DNA from: the human T2T-CHM13v2.0 reference genome, Homo sapiens
Reading direction: 5' to 3' (one strand)
Length of the DNA: 64,000 bases
NCBI RefSeq assembly: GCF_009914755.1
Contig: NC_060925.1
Shown piece after piece: positions 1 to 14,013 of the stretch (its first letter is position 1; each line of letters starts with the position of its first letter). The notes beneath the pieces are model-generated. The model was not told where the DNA came from and searched no databases. It worked only from the letters and a program-made list of their open reading frames with translations. The position numbers were made by a program, and so were the translations under genes.

Positions 1-2529
1 GATTTAACCGAAAAAGAAACTACAAATTTCTGACTCCATTATATGTGCTAAAAATCCCTGTTGTACATACTTTATACATTGAGATTTATTAATATTCAGG
101 ATGCCTAAATGGAAGTAGATATGCATAGTAAAATTTAAGAATAGGATATTTATAAAAAAAGAATCCTCCAGTGACTTGACACAGTTTCACATTTTATCCT
201 TGACCAAAATGAATGAACATCAGTTTTCCTGGGCATTATAACTGATTAATGCTAGATCAATTGCAGCAAGATACAGAATACATGAAGATGCCATTTCAAA
301 TGGCATCAGGATAATTATTCGCAAAGTGTCCTTTTTAATAAATGGTTTATGATATCTATTACCTCATGTTTTGCTAGTGTGACTTTTAAAAATATTATTT
401 CATTAAAGATTAGGGAGAAAGCAAAAGACTGAAAAATTGAACTCAAGGGTTTGAAATAAATTTCCTATCTGTCAGAGCTAATACATGAAGAATTAAGTAA
501 ACTATGTTTACACTGCAATATAATTCAAATAAATTATTTTAACTGTTTTGTATTACTCATATGTATCCATGTGAATTTGATTTGTTTACATAAAATTTTA
601 AGCCTAATTTTTAAAGCTACAGGTAAAATTTAATGCACAATTTTTACTGGATACTATATACATACATATATATATCTCTTTTTAATAATATTTTATTGGC
701 CTCTGTGGAATAAATTTTAAATTTAATTAAGTAAAAAGGTAAATACTGTCACATTGTAAAAATAAGTCCCAAACCTTCATAATTACTTATCTATTAAAAC
801 AAGAACTGTAAAATCTGAAGACTCGACAAATATTTTCTGATACTTTTTCTGTTTTTCTCATGATTCTTGTTACTGAATATAATAAAAACAAAAAAAGCCT
901 CAATAATTTCATAATTTATTAAATGAATTACACTCTCTTGCAAATATCAAATATCAAAGTGATCAGAGAATGAAGTCAGCATTATGAACTATGACTCAGC
1001 ATTATGAAGAACATTCTCAGTTGACAGAGAGGAAGGAGCAAGTAAGTACACTGGGTGTGGAAAGTGAGGTGAGAGAACTGAGGAGGAAAACATTGAAGAA
1101 AACTTGGCTGAAACCTGAACGTGCTAGAGGAAAGATACTAGGCTACGGTGTCAGAAATACTGATATATTGGCTATGACATAGCAATCTGGGATTTAATTC
1201 ACTCATTCTAATGTACTTTATGCACTTATGAGGGTAAAAATACCTTCTTTCCAAAGATAGTAAATTAAATTTGGAATTGTATGCAGTTCGCTTGACACAT
1301 ACACAAGCTCAGTAATTTTTAGCTACTAACTGTATTCATAAAGAAAATAATATATGAGCTCATCCTAGACAATGACTACCATTTCTTCAGATGGAGTATG
1401 GAGAATGCTAATTTCAGTTCAAAGAAAATACAAAAAACAGATTTAAATGAAAGTGTAGTATACATGAGTAATATTAAATATTCTATAATGGCTAAAAGCC
1501 GTACAAATAGAGAAGTGGATGATAAGGCTGGAGAAGCAGACTTTGTCCTGATAATAAAATTATGTAAATTATCTGCTCATAAATGTGGACTGGATTGTGT
1601 AGACAATGGGGACCCACAGTGAGCGATGGAGGTCTGAAGTGGGCAGTAATAGTGATAAGTTATATGTAAATAAATCTTAATTGTGATTAATCACAACCTG
1701 AGCAATACTGCCAGATTATGATTGACCTGTCTATCTTACACATGGAATAAAGATGCAAAACAGTTCAGCCAGTGCCACGATACTTCCAGTGATATACACC
1801 CTCCTAGCAATTTTCTCTTCTTTTTTAAAACTATAAAATATTACAGACGTAAAAACATCAGAGAAAATAATATAACTGAAACCCATGTAAGTACCAAGCT
1901 GTAATACATGTGAACATATTGTCATCTTTACTTCATACTTTTTAAAAAGCAAAATTTTTTGTACAAATTAGAAATTCCAGAGATTGACTTTAGGTATGAC
2001 AACATGAAAAGCTCCACTGACACAATCCCCAGGGAAATTGGGAGACATTATTTTTCAAAAACTAATCCAACCATTTAAACCTTCTGGAGTTGATCCTGAG
2101 AGGACCAAGTACAAGAAGAAACACGTATTCAAGAAAATCTACAAAAATTGGTTAGGAAGGGTGTAAGACAGAACTTGAACCTATACCAGTCCCTCCCTCC
2201 TCTCCAGCTCAGTGAAGCAGACCCCTCTCCAGACTGCAGTAGCCAAAAACACAGGGCTCCCTCATCCTCCCACTCCCCACCCTAGCTCTCAGTTGGAGAA
2301 TTTCCTTCTCCAGAGGATAAGGACTTTAGCATTTTTTATCCTACTCCCAGCTTCTGGCTGCTGAGGCTAAATCCCAGGTGTCTGTGATCAAGAGAAAGTT
2401 GGAGTGGCTGTACTAACAGATTTTAAAACAAAGACAATAGATTTTAAAGCAAAAAATATTACCAGAGTTAAAGAATATTTTATAATTATAAAGGGTCAGT
2501 ATATCAAAAAGGTATAATGATTACAAATA

Positions 2530-2680
2530 CAGGGGCTCCCTGACTTATAATGAGGATATGTCCTGTTAAACCCGAGATAAAACCCCATACTGTAGGTTGA
2601 AAATGCATTTAATACCTCGATGAACCCATAGTTAAGTTGAAAAGTCACAGGTCAAGCCACCATAAGTTGGAGACCATCTG
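2530..2680. mobile_element. MER47/Tigger5-type MITE
   Basis: Imperfect TIRs cagggg-ctccctgacttataatg ... cataagttggagaccatctg, preceded by TA, with internal gttgaaaatgcatttaatac. Confidence 0.7.
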
Positions 2681-3023
2681 GATATAGATAGCTGATGACC
2701 AAGTACAAAAGATGCATAAAGTCACAGTAATCATACAGGGTGGTATTGACATAAAGACAGATACATAGATGAATGGAAGAGATTAGACAGCCACATATAT
2801 ATGGACAACAGATTTTCTAAAAAGGCAATTTAGTTGGGAAAATTCTTTCAAAACTGTGAAAGAATTATTGAAATAACTTATACAAAATAAAAAAAAATTT
2901 AAATTAACTTTGATCCAAATCTCATGTCATATACAATAATTAACTCAACTGATGATATGCCTACATGTGAAATGTAAAGCTTTAAAATTTCTGGACTAGG
3001 CAAAGATTGCTGGAATACAATAC

Positions 3024-3597
3024 TGTAAACCAAAAATAAATCTCTAATCCCCCCAAGTGACTGAATGGATAACCCTCTCAGCCAAGAGGATTCCAAAAAC
3101 TTTTGAAAAATTAGTTCAGGCCCTTGCAGAAAGTGAAGAAGGTTAGACATGACTCATTTTACCCTCCTCCCTTTGGAGTTTAGACACAGCTGACCTGCTG
3201 GGTCTGACCCTCAGACCCTGGCTGAGCAATGGTTGAACGGAGTACTCAGACACAGGTTTTTTGCCTGGCCGCGCGGCTAGGGGACTGGGCTGCTCACAGA
3301 CACTTCAAATCTTCAAGCAGAGCTTAACTCTTTCACCAATTGCAAGTCAGAAAATTGTTCAATCTACCTATGATATCCCGCCTTTCTGGGCTGAACCAAT
3401 GTGTAACTAACATTGATTTATGTCCTTGCCTATAACTTCTGTCTCCTGAAAATGTACAAAATTATGCTGGAACCCAACTACCTTAGGCATATGTTCTCAG
3501 GACCTCCTGAGCTGTGTCACAGGCTACGGTCCTTAACCTTGGCAAAATAAACCTCTAAATTGATTGAGACTTGTTTCACATATGTTTTTGGTTTACA
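3024..3597 (+). mobile_element. MER4-group ERV1 solo LTR with internal deletion
   Basis: Termini TGTAAACCAAAAATAAA ... TTTTTGGTTTACA, AATAAA near 3546, near-4-bp TSD atac/gtac. Confidence 0.8.
3196..3302 (-). mobile_element. LTR22 (HERV-K22/HML-5) U5-end fragment inside the MER4 LTR
   Basis: tgctgggtctgaccctcagaccctgg...gtactcagacacag is the reverse complement of the LTR22 3' end and is homologous to 23283-23390. Confidence 0.75.
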
Positions 3598-4002
3598 GTA
3601 CCAAAGAACAACCCATTTCTATTCAGATGATACATTACAGCTCACTAATATGAAAAAATTCTGATCTTCAAAAACCCCTGTTAAGGGACTGAAAAGACAA
3701 GTCATATACTAGAAGATAATATTTGCAAAAAATATATCACATGTATTTATAGAGCATATATACCATGAAGGGCTTGAATCAAAATAATCTAACAATCTTT
3801 CCAAATTCAATGATTAAAAACAAACGACCCAACATAAAACGGGCCAATGCTTTGAACAGCGCTTTTAAAATTAACCTAAGTAGATGCTGAATGAACATAG
3901 GAAAAGGTGTTTCTTCATAGTCATTAGAAAAATGCAAAAATTAAAACCACGAGATACAACTACATATGTTTTACAAAAGGTAAATTAAAAGACTGACTAT
4001 TC

Positions 4003-5600
4003 CAAACAAACAAACAAAAATGACTAATAGTGTCAGAGACATGTAAACCAGAACAACTCCATCTTGAATGGCACTAGGTAAAATAAGGCTGAGACCTACT
4101 GGGCTGCATTCCCAGATGGTTAAGGCATTCTAAGTCACAGGATGAGATAGGAGGTCAGCACAAGATACAGATCGTAAAGACCTTACTGACAAAACAGGTA
4201 GCAATAAAGAAACTGGCCAAAACCCACCAAAACCAAGATGGCGACGAGAGTGACCTCAGGTCATTTTCACTGCTACACTCCCACCAACACCATGACAGTT
4301 TACAAATGCCATGGCAACATCAGGAAGTTACCCTATATGGTCTAGAAGAGGGAGGCATGAATAATCCACCCCTCATTTAGCATATTATCAAGAAATAACT
4401 GTAAAAATCAACAACCAGGAGACCTCGGGGCTGCACTGTCTACGGAGTAGCCATTCTTTTATTCCTTTACTTTCTTAATAAACTTGCTTTCACTTTACTC
4501 TACAGGCTTGCTCTGAGTTTTTCTTGTGCGACATCCAAGAACCATATCTCGGGGTCTGCATCAGAACCCCTTTCCTGTAACAATAGGCTGCAATTAAACT
4601 AAAGAACTTCTGCATAGCAAGAGAAACTATCAAATGAGTAAACAGACAACCTATTGAGTGGGAGAAAATATTCACAAACTATGCATCCAACAAAGGCTTA
4701 TTACCCAGATTATATAAGGAACTTAAATCAACAAGGAAAAAACAAAGTCGTCAAAGAACATGAACAGACACTTCTCACAAGAAGACATATAAGCATCCAA
4801 TAAACATGCAACAATGCTCTTCATCACTAATCATCGGAGAAATGCAAATCAAAATCACAATGAGACACCTCTCATATGAGTCAGAATGGCTATTATTTAA
4901 AAAATACAGATAGCTATTATTAAAAAAATAACAGATGCTGGTAAGGCTGTGAAGAAAAGGAATACTTATTAACTGTTGGTGGCAATGTAAATTAATTCAG
5001 CCACTGTGGAAAGCAGTTTGGAGATTTCTTGAAGAACCGAGAGTTGAACTAACATTCACCTCAGCAATTCCACTATTGGGTATATATATCCAAAGAAAAA
5101 AAGTTTCGACCAAAACTACACATGTACTCATATGTTCATTGCAGCATTATTCACAATAACAAAGACATGGAATCAACCCAGGTACCCATCAGGAGTAGAT
5201 CTGATAAAGAAAATGTGGTACATATATACCATTGGATATTATGTAGGCATATAAAAGAATGAAATCGTGATCTTTGCAGCAACATGGATGCAGTTGGAAA
5301 CCATTATCCTCAGCAAACTAATGTAGGAACAGAAAATCAAATACTGCGTGTTCTCGCTTGTAAGGGCGAACTACACACTGGGTACACATGGTCATAAAAA
5401 TGAGAACAACAGAGATTGGAGAATGTCATAGGGGAGAGCGAGAGAGGGGGTTAAGTGTTGAAAAAAACTACCTATTGGGTATTATGCTCACTACCTGTGT
5501 GACAGATTCATTTATACTCCAAACTTCAGAATCATGTAATGTATCCTTGTAACACACCTGCATGTGTTCTTCCTGATTCTAAAATAAAAGTTGAAAAAAA
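4003..5600 (+). mobile_element. L1PB-type 3' fragment, interrupted by MER41A
   Basis: ORF2 C-terminal sequence, the L1PB-type 3' UTR (aaactacctattggg...ctaaaataaaagttg) and an A-tail. Confidence 0.85.
4031..4582 (+). mobile_element. MER41A solo LTR (ERV1)
   Basis: Termini TGTCAGAG...CCTGTAACA, close match to the recalled MER41A consensus, perfect 4-bp TSD ATAG (4027-4030 and 4583-4586). Confidence 0.92.
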
Positions 5601-6277
5601 ATATTTTTAAACCCGATCATTTCAAATCCTGGCAAGGAGGTTGAGGAACTGGAACTTTCATATACTGCTGGGAGGAAAGTAAAGTGGTACAACAGCTTTA
5701 GAAAACCATTTTGCAGTTTCATTAAAAGTTAAAAATATGCCTACTCTGATCCAGCCATCTCATTTGTATGCAAACATTTATACAGCTTTTTCATAGCCAA
5801 AACCTTGAAACAACTGAAATTTCCATCACCAGGTGAATGAAAAAGCAAACTGTGTTATGTACATACAAAATATTCCTCAGCAATAAATAGTAATCTTCTC
5901 TTGATATGTATTACAGCATGAATGAGTCTCAACATAATTTTGTTGAAAGAAGCCAGATAATTAAGAACATACAGTATGATTTAATTTACAAAAATATCTT
6001 GACAATGTGAAATAGTCCACAGTGAGAGAAAGCCCGTAGATCAGTTATTGCTTAGGGGTTGGAATAGGGAAGAATGGAGTACAAAGAGGCACCAGGAAAG
6101 TTTGCCTGTGACGTACATATTCATTATCTTGAACATGGTGATGGTTTCCCAGGTATACACATACGTCGAATTTTATCAAGTTGTTTGTTGTAATTATGTG
6201 CAACCTGTTATATGCCAAGTATACCTCAATTTAACCTTTAAAAAATACTTTAAAAATCTATATCCAAAGCTGCCTTA

Positions 6278-6289
6278 AACACACACACA

Positions 6290-6320
<31 letters not shown>
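6278..6320. repeat. (CA)n microsatellite
   Basis: Read directly. Confidence 0.95.
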
Positions 6321-6321
<1 letters not shown>

Positions 6322-9029
6322 TTCACATGTCTGTTGCCCCTGAAATAACATTAGAGGGGAAATTGATAATTGAAAAATAAATTTATTCCATGCCCTAACT
6401 TTTAGACCAAATTGTTGCTCATGCTGTGACCTCTGAAATCTTCAATTACTTATTAGTAACTGAATTTTACCTCTGAGTTTCTTTACAGAGTTTGCCCAAG
6501 AACTCTTATCAATTTCTGAGCAAAAGGTCAGAATGTTCTGCCATATAATATGGTTTTTCATTATTTCCCTATAAACTATGACATTTTCAAAATGTCAGCA
6601 TTGGAGAAAGCTTGAGTGCTCTTCCATTCTTTCTTCTTGATACATACTAGGAAACATGTAACATGAAAATTATATGAAATAAGTGTCTGTTGTGATGTGT
6701 AATGAGTGGTGATAAATAAGAGTAGTAGAGAAGATTTTAAAAAGACACTCTTACAGAATTTAAAGTCAGATTGAAGTACCTTTCTAAGACACCTAAGAAT
6801 ATAAACTGTAAGAATATTAATCAATCACATTTACAACATTAAAATATCTTCTAATTAGTTTTTGTGGTGTCTGAATCCAAATAATAAGCCAGTGAAATTA
6901 ATATGTAGTCTTAAAATGAAGAAAATAGGAGTCAATAAGATATAGAGTATAACTTTGGAATAACTAAATAAGAATAGATAACACTCCCAACATAGTAAAA
7001 ATGGTTTTAAATGCTTCTTTTAACAAAATTGAAATTTCATTATCTTAGTAGCTAACTAAAAGTTTTTAACATACTCTATTGATTGTAAAGTACTCTATTC
7101 TGATTTTCACTCAGTACAAGGTTTAGAAGTCAAATTATTTTAATTAATTGCATATATACTCCAAAGACAACTAGTAGGATATACTACATACTTTTTCACT
7201 GGAACTGGCACTTACATTTTCTAAGACCTCTGGTTTCCAGTTAGCTGTAACTCAGGATTTCCTATATTAAATCCTATTCAGTTTAATTTATTTATTATTA
7301 ACACTGGATTTTTGGAAATGTATGATGAAAACAAAATCATATTTTATTATTGTCAAAAGTATTTTCATGCTGGCAGAGTAGGAGAACCTGTGTGAATTTG
7401 AAAAAGCTCCCTTTCCCACTTGTCATTAATTTCCCATGGTATTATATCTATAGAAGTGCTCATTAGAAGGACACAGTTATTTTTAGAAAAAAGAAAAAAA
7501 AGGCCTGGTTTGGTTTTCAGAAAGTTGTAGTCCTCATTTTATTGTTTGTCTTTTCTTCTACCAATAACTTTTCTAATTAAGGCAATTGCTGTGATTGCCT
7601 ATTGAATAAGTGGGATCTAAAGTTGAATTGATATTGCTGTTGATTTTTTTAATTTTAAAAATTAGATAGGGTGATCAGTATTTATATATTAATTATAATC
7701 ATTATAATTAGCTGTACAAATGAGCACCCAGGACTCTACATTGTATTCATACAATACCTGAGCTATGTGATGTAAAAAAAGGCAAGATATGAAGAGAAAA
7801 ACAGACTTCACCTTCTATTAATTATTTATTACGAGAGTTGATTCAACTGGGATTCCTAATTTTTATCATAATGGAGGAACCGGGAAAAGACATGCCTCCT
7901 TCTATAAACTACTATGAAACTGGAAATATTTGAGACAACAAAAATTAAAATGCAGGCATATGATTTTTGAAAAAGGAAAACATATCATTTTATACCTGTT
8001 TCTGGACTGGATTCCAGCCTGGGGGCACTTTTCACTGCACAGTGGAGAGAGAATGAATCCAAAAGAGACAACAGTCTCACTACACTGCTGGTGCAAGTTT
8101 CAAGCTTGGAGAAGAGGCGAGGATTTCAGGGTCTAAAAGGGAAAAAGCTGTGCATAGGAGCAATAGCAGACATTTGCATGGAGTCTTTAAATAAAGGCTG
8201 GGCTGTAATATGCACAACTAGAGTCCATGAGCACTAACTGAGAACGGCTGCTGTGGGTTTGGAAGGCAAACATAGGTATGAGAACTTTCTCAGTACAGAT
8301 GTATACAATTGGGAGGCTCTGGTAAACCTTGAAAGACTACACTTAAAGAGTAAGGGCAATTCTTAGGACAAAACTAAAACAGATCTGTCCTAATAAAAAA
8401 TAAAATTAAGCCTGATAGAATCAAGAGGATGCCTCATAATTAAACTGCCTGCCATAACAAATCACCATACCTTTTACAGAAAAACAATAGAATTCAGATA
8501 TTGCAAGTGTCACCCATGATGTCCAATATACAATAAAAATTTACAATCTATGTAAAGAAGAAGAAAAATATAGCCCATGATCAAGATAAAAAAAAAATCA
8601 AAAGAGACACCAAGGTAAAAAGATGTTGGAATTAGCAGGGACAAGGGTTTTGTTGTTGTTGTTGTTGTTGTTTTTAAGTTGCTAAACATATATCAAAGGA
8701 CTGCAAGGCAGAAAATGGATAAAGTGAATGAAAATGTGGGAAGTCTTGAGAAATGGGAAGTTATGAAGAAATGGATGGAAATTCTGTAACTTAAAAGTAC
8801 ATGATCCGAAATGAAAAGTAGCCTGGATTGAAATAACAGCATTAAACACCTACAAAAGAAAAATTGATGAACTTGAAGAAAAATTAATAAACATTATTCA
8901 ATCTAAAGAATAAATAAAAATATTAAAACTGTATCAAAGACCTCAGATAGCTGAGGGCAGTATGAAGTAATAGTAAAATATATGACCAAAAAAGGGAAGG
9001 ATAATAACTTTGTTAAATTTCTTTAAGTT

Positions 9030-9328
9030 GGCTGGGCATGGTGGCTCACGCCTGTAATCCTAGCACTTTGGGAGGCTGGGGCAGACAGACAACCTTAGGT
9101 CAGGAGTTCGAAACCAGCCATGCCAACATGGCAAAACCCCATCTTTACTGAAAATACAAAAAATAGCCAGGCGTGGTGGCATGGGTCTGTAATCCCAGCT
9201 ATTTGGGAGGCTCAGATAGGAGAATCGTTTGAACTTGGGACGTGGGAGTTGCAGTGAGCTGAGATTGTGCCACTGCACTCCAGCCTGGGTGAAAGAATGA
9301 GACTCCATCTCAAAAAAAAAAAAAAAAA
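9030..9328 (+). mobile_element. AluS, full length
   Basis: Dimeric Alu with A-tail; near-TSD aaatttctttaagtt / aagtttctttaagtc. Confidence 0.95.
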
Positions 9329-9732
9329 GTTTCTTTAAGTCACATTTTACACGAAATGGGGACACAATAACAACTTAAACAGATTCTAACAATTTGAAAA
9401 TATCTATTGCAATCTCTTGAAAAGCAAATAAAAAATATACAAGGGACATAGCTATAGGACAAATAAAAGAAATAAAGTGAAACAATACATTAATGTTAAA
9501 GTACTTTACTGATTCAAAAGAAAGCAGGAATAAAATAAAAAATAACACAAAAAAGAGATGAAATACAAAACAAGTAACAAAATAATAGGCATAAGTCCAA
9601 ACACATGAATAATTGCACTAAACACAAATGGACTAACTATTCAAATTAAAAGGAAATTATTGCCGTACTGGATTAAAAAAACAACACCCAACTATTTCCG
9701 CCTTTAAAAATACACTTTAAAATAAAAGCACA

Positions 9733-10036
9733 GGCCAGCCATGGTGGCTCATGCCTGTAATCCCAGCACTTTAGGGGGCCAAGGCGGGTGTATCACTTGA
9801 GGTTGGGAGTTTGAGACCAGCCTGGCCAACATTGTGAAACCCTCTCTCCACTAAAAATATAAAAGTTATACAGGCCTCACAGTGCACGCCTGTAATCCCA
9901 GCTACTCGGGAGGCTGAGGCAGGAGAATTACTTGAACCCGGAGGCAGAGGTTGCAGTGAGCTGAGATTGCACCACTGCACTCCAGCCTGGGTGACAGAGT
10001 GAGACTGTGTCTCAAAAAATAAATAAATAAAATAAA
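9733..10036 (+). mobile_element. AluS, full length
   Basis: Dimeric Alu with (AAAT)n tail; near-TSD aaataaaagcaca / aaataaaaaccca. Confidence 0.95.
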
Positions 10037-10729
10037 AAATAAAAACCCAGATTCATTGAAATAAAAGAATGTAAAACAATATACCATCCCAATAGTAAGC
10101 ATGAGAAAGCTTATATGGCTATATTAAGATCAGGCAACATAAACTTGAAAACAAAAGTTAATAGCAGGGAAACATTTCATAATTGTGAAAAAAATCATTT
10201 ATCAGGAAGTTGTAATAAACATTCACATATATGTATCTAATCACAGAGCTGCAAAATACACAAGGAAAACCTGGCCAAACTAAATGAAGAAATAATTCAC
10301 AATCATAGTTAGATATTTTAATACCTCTTAGTAGTTGAAATCAAAGTGACAAAATATCCATAAGTATACAAATCTGAACAACCTAATCTGAGCTAATTGC
10401 TATTTACAAAATTTTATGTCCAACAAGATTGAGAATTGAATCGTTCTATATCTGTCTTTTTAAATTAAATTTGTAAATAAATGCCTTAAAATAACTTGAA
10501 TGCCAGTTGATTTACTGGTAAATTATATCAAATTATAGCCAACATTAAGGATTTATGTCAAACATTTGAAGAAGAAATAATGGTGATATTAAAGATATAT
10601 TTACCTAATCTGTTCTACTTGACACATCACAATTTTCTCCCATTCAATTTCATACGTAATCCTTTCTGACTTCTTCTTGATGTAAAAGGAAATCACAAAT
10701 CATAAATGCAATTATAAAGACATGTATCT

Positions 10730-11157
10730 TGTAGCATAAACTGGCTAGTTATTTCCCAACATTTATTTCATCTCGACGCACTGTTAGATCTTCTTGCCCA
10801 GGCCTCTTACCCATCAGACGTGATTGTTCTCAACGAGGGAATGAAAATGAAATTGATGCGTGTCAACACCGGGCAAAAGTAATTGAGAACATGTGTATTT
10901 TCACCACAGTCTGAATTTCACTTCTCTGCTAGGCGGATTTAGAGAACTGAGCCCTTAAGACGTGTGGAACCATAGGTACAAGGAGCCTGGATCCATGATA
11001 CCTGCATGAAGCAGCCCTAACCGGAAAACACCTACTCCAATGAGGCATTAGTTTACTAATGACCAGTGACGTGAGTAAGAAATCAACCTTAATTATGGTA
11101 AGTTACTGAGATTTTAGGTTTGTTTTTATAGCAGTTAGTCCACCCTAACTAAAAACA
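10730..11157 (+). mobile_element. Old MaLR LTR (MLT1-type)
   Basis: MLT1-like 3' end: gtgagtaagaaatcaacctt...ttactgagattttaggtttgtttttatagcag...ctaactaaaaaca. Confidence 0.6.
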
Positions 11158-12019
11158 TTTTCAATTTTTAAATCATCAAGCCAAACATTATAGCTAAACA
11201 GACACTTAAGAAATATAATATTTCATAATTATTAAATTGCAGAAAGTTTACTCACTTAGTATGACCTTCAGCTATTTAGATCAACATTTGGCTTCAGCTT
11301 CTCTTATTTCTACTGGTTTCACTTCAGCTAAAACAAACTACTTTACTTGGCATTGGTAAATTCACAGAAATTACACTTTTATTATTCAGAGGCCACACGA
11401 TAGCTATTCACAGAATCACTGATATCTTCTCGTTCATTTAGACTCAGGTTTTTCTATGCACACAATAACCCTCTATTGAATCGTAAGCAGACATGTCATC
11501 TTATAGTAACGATTGCTCTTAGAAGAGGAAGGTTATTTCTAAACACAGCTGAGTTGATGACTAGTTGAAAGCACACAAACTTGAAGTGATAGGAGACATA
11601 CATTAATCAATAGATTTATATTAATTAAGAGTTAAATAATCAGACAGTATAATATGGTAGACAAATACCCTGATCTTGCATTGTGAGAATTAACTTATAA
11701 TTCTAGCTTTCCTATTAAAACTATTTCCTCAGGCAAGTCTTCCTAATACAGGAGCCTTAAGTTTCTTCACCACATGATAGCAGCTAGTAGATAATATTTA
11801 TTGAGATCCAGTGCTAGGTAACAAATTAGCCCAAAACTTCGGGCTTAAAACAACAAACATTAATCATCCCAGAGTTTCCACAGAACAGGAACCCATGCCA
11901 CATGGCACAGACCTGACAGAGAGAACAGCAGCTGCTGTGTAAAGGAAGCCTTATCTACTTCATTTTTTCCTGTCTCTTCCACAAATTAAATCCTTCAATT
12001 TTTGGAGAAAGACAACAAA

Positions 12020-12120
12020 CATCTATGATTTCTTTCAGCAACGTTTTGTAGTTCTCCTTGTAGAAATCTTTCATGAATCTAAAGTAAAAGTTCAAATTAT
12101 ATATATATATTTTTTTAAAA
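12020..12120 (+). mobile_element. ~100-bp inverted (twin-primed) L1PB-type insertion
   Basis: Antisense ORF2 piece at 12020-12073, then the sense L1 terminal tgaatctaaagtaaaagtt and an AT tail; TSD aaagacaacaaa / aaaggcaacaaa. Confidence 0.7.
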
Positions 12121-12919
12121 AAAGGCAACAAAAACTGTCACCCATATTCCATCACTGAAAGCTCACTACATCTACAGAAAGTTAATAGGAAAATAAAATC
12201 TACTCCTGGAACTGTGGCAGGCATATATGTTGGCCCAGTAGACTGACTAACTGGGGCTGAAACAGTGTTACTGAGAAGTCCCCACCCCTACTACTGGAAC
12301 TTAATCAGAATGAAAGAGAGTGCCATCTGCCTAGGTAACCAGCTAACAAATTGACTACGGCAGGGAATGTGGCAAGAACTTGGAGAGTATGCTGTCTGAG
12401 GTGAAGCAGAAAGGAAACCTCTAAAGATGAGGATGGAACAGATATCGAGAAACTCCCCCTGACAAAGCTTTTCTCACACTAAAAATAAGGTAATACTTGA
12501 GGTATCTGAGGCCTATGTACACTAAAGATAACAACAGCAACAGCGAATCTCAAATCCAGCTCACCGTGTCACTAGATTTACTCTTTCCCCTGGCCTTCAC
12601 ATTAAGGGTTCAGCTGAAGGAAAGGCAGGCCCATTTCCAGGTATAAAGCTGCTTATCTTGGTCTCCAATATCCTACACAAAATAGATTTCCACTAGAAAA
12701 AAAAAAAAAGGAGTGTAAAGAAACAAGGCAATCAAGAGGACAATAGCCATATATGATTCAGATGCTACAATATCAAACAGTGATTTTAGGTTAACTATGA
12801 TTGCTATGTGAAGTGCTCTGGTGGAGAGTATGCATAATCTGGTGGGTTATTTTAGCAGAGAGATGAAAGCTATAAGACATAATCAAATGAAAATGTGAGA
12901 AATAAAATATATATAATAG

Positions 12920-13231
<312 letters not shown>

Positions 13232-13971
13232 GACTTTGACAAGCTCATTATTGACTCAACACAGCCAAGAAAAGAATCTGTAAACTTGAAGGAGTATTGG
13301 AGATATATACAGATAGATCAACAGAAATTATGCAAACTGAAACACAAAGAGAAAAAGGAGTTCCAGAGAGGGAGAATCTTAAGAGCAAATATTCTAAGAG
13401 GCAGGAGGTGAAAGCTACCAAGAGGAACAGCCTCACTTCTGTCCTATTCTAATTACCCAAAATAGTCAAAATTTCTGCCCAGGTTCAAGAGAGTGAAGAA
13501 AGACACTGTACCTCTTGATGGGGAATAGCCGATGTTATATTACATAACGTATGTGGAATGGGAGTTATTGTTGCAGCCATCTTTGGAAAGTATAATCTGT
13601 CACATAAATATTTATTGGATTTCTAGCTTGTGAAATTGCTGGATGCCTTAAGATATGTCGTCCCTGAATCTGCTAACCATCTGGAGTGGAGTTCAGCAAC
13701 AAAAATTCAAATAGTATAATACAAGGTTGAATGTGCCAGATATCATAAGCAAAGAATATAGAACTACGGAGTTTCAAAAGGAAGTAATCAACATTTCAGT
13801 GGAAATAAATTCAAAAATTATGCATGCAGTAGTTGGAATGTGAGATGAGCCTTGAAGGTCAGATAAAATTTTTATAGGTAAGAAAACAAGAAGACATATA
13901 ACAGCCAGTGAATACTCTAAGTTGTGGAAAGAGAGAAGCAAAAACAACAAAAAAATGGAGAAGAAGAAATA

Positions 13972-14013
13972 TACACATACACACACACACGTGCGCGCGC
14001 ACACACACACACA
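13972..14013. repeat. (CA)n-(CG)n-(CA)n purine/pyrimidine alternation
   Basis: Read directly. Confidence 0.9.

Larger units (their letters stand above)
1975..6275 (+). mobile_element. Old, fragmented L1M-type LINE (5' region, EN fragment, ORF2 3' part, 3' UTR); host for several nested insertions
   Basis: Degenerate L1 EN-like sequence at 2400-2525, ORF2 3'-like sequence at 2720-3020 and 3600-4000, and 3' UTR-like sequence at 5610-6275. Boundaries approximate. Confidence 0.7.
7890..10570 (+). mobile_element. Old L1M relic (5'/ORF1/ORF2 start) carrying two Alus
   Basis: A-rich degenerate L1 ORF1 and EN-like sequence, e.g. acaaatggactaactattcaaattaaaagg and cacaatcatagttagatattttaatacc. Confidence 0.65.

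Noticed and set aside
976-1008. Short tandem duplications (also 32712-32732, 53128-53153, 58409-58438, 60169-60191)
   Set aside because: Ordinary 10-20-bp slippage duplications with no higher-order pattern.
4031-4582. MER41 as an interferon-gamma (STAT1) enhancer
   Set aside because: The tandem GAS sites are a MER41B feature. This copy is MER41A-like and I see no intact TTCNNNGAA pair (ttcccagat at ~4109).
13972-14013. Z-DNA-prone CA/CG tracts (also 40346-40390)
   Set aside because: Common microsatellites with no sequence evidence of function.
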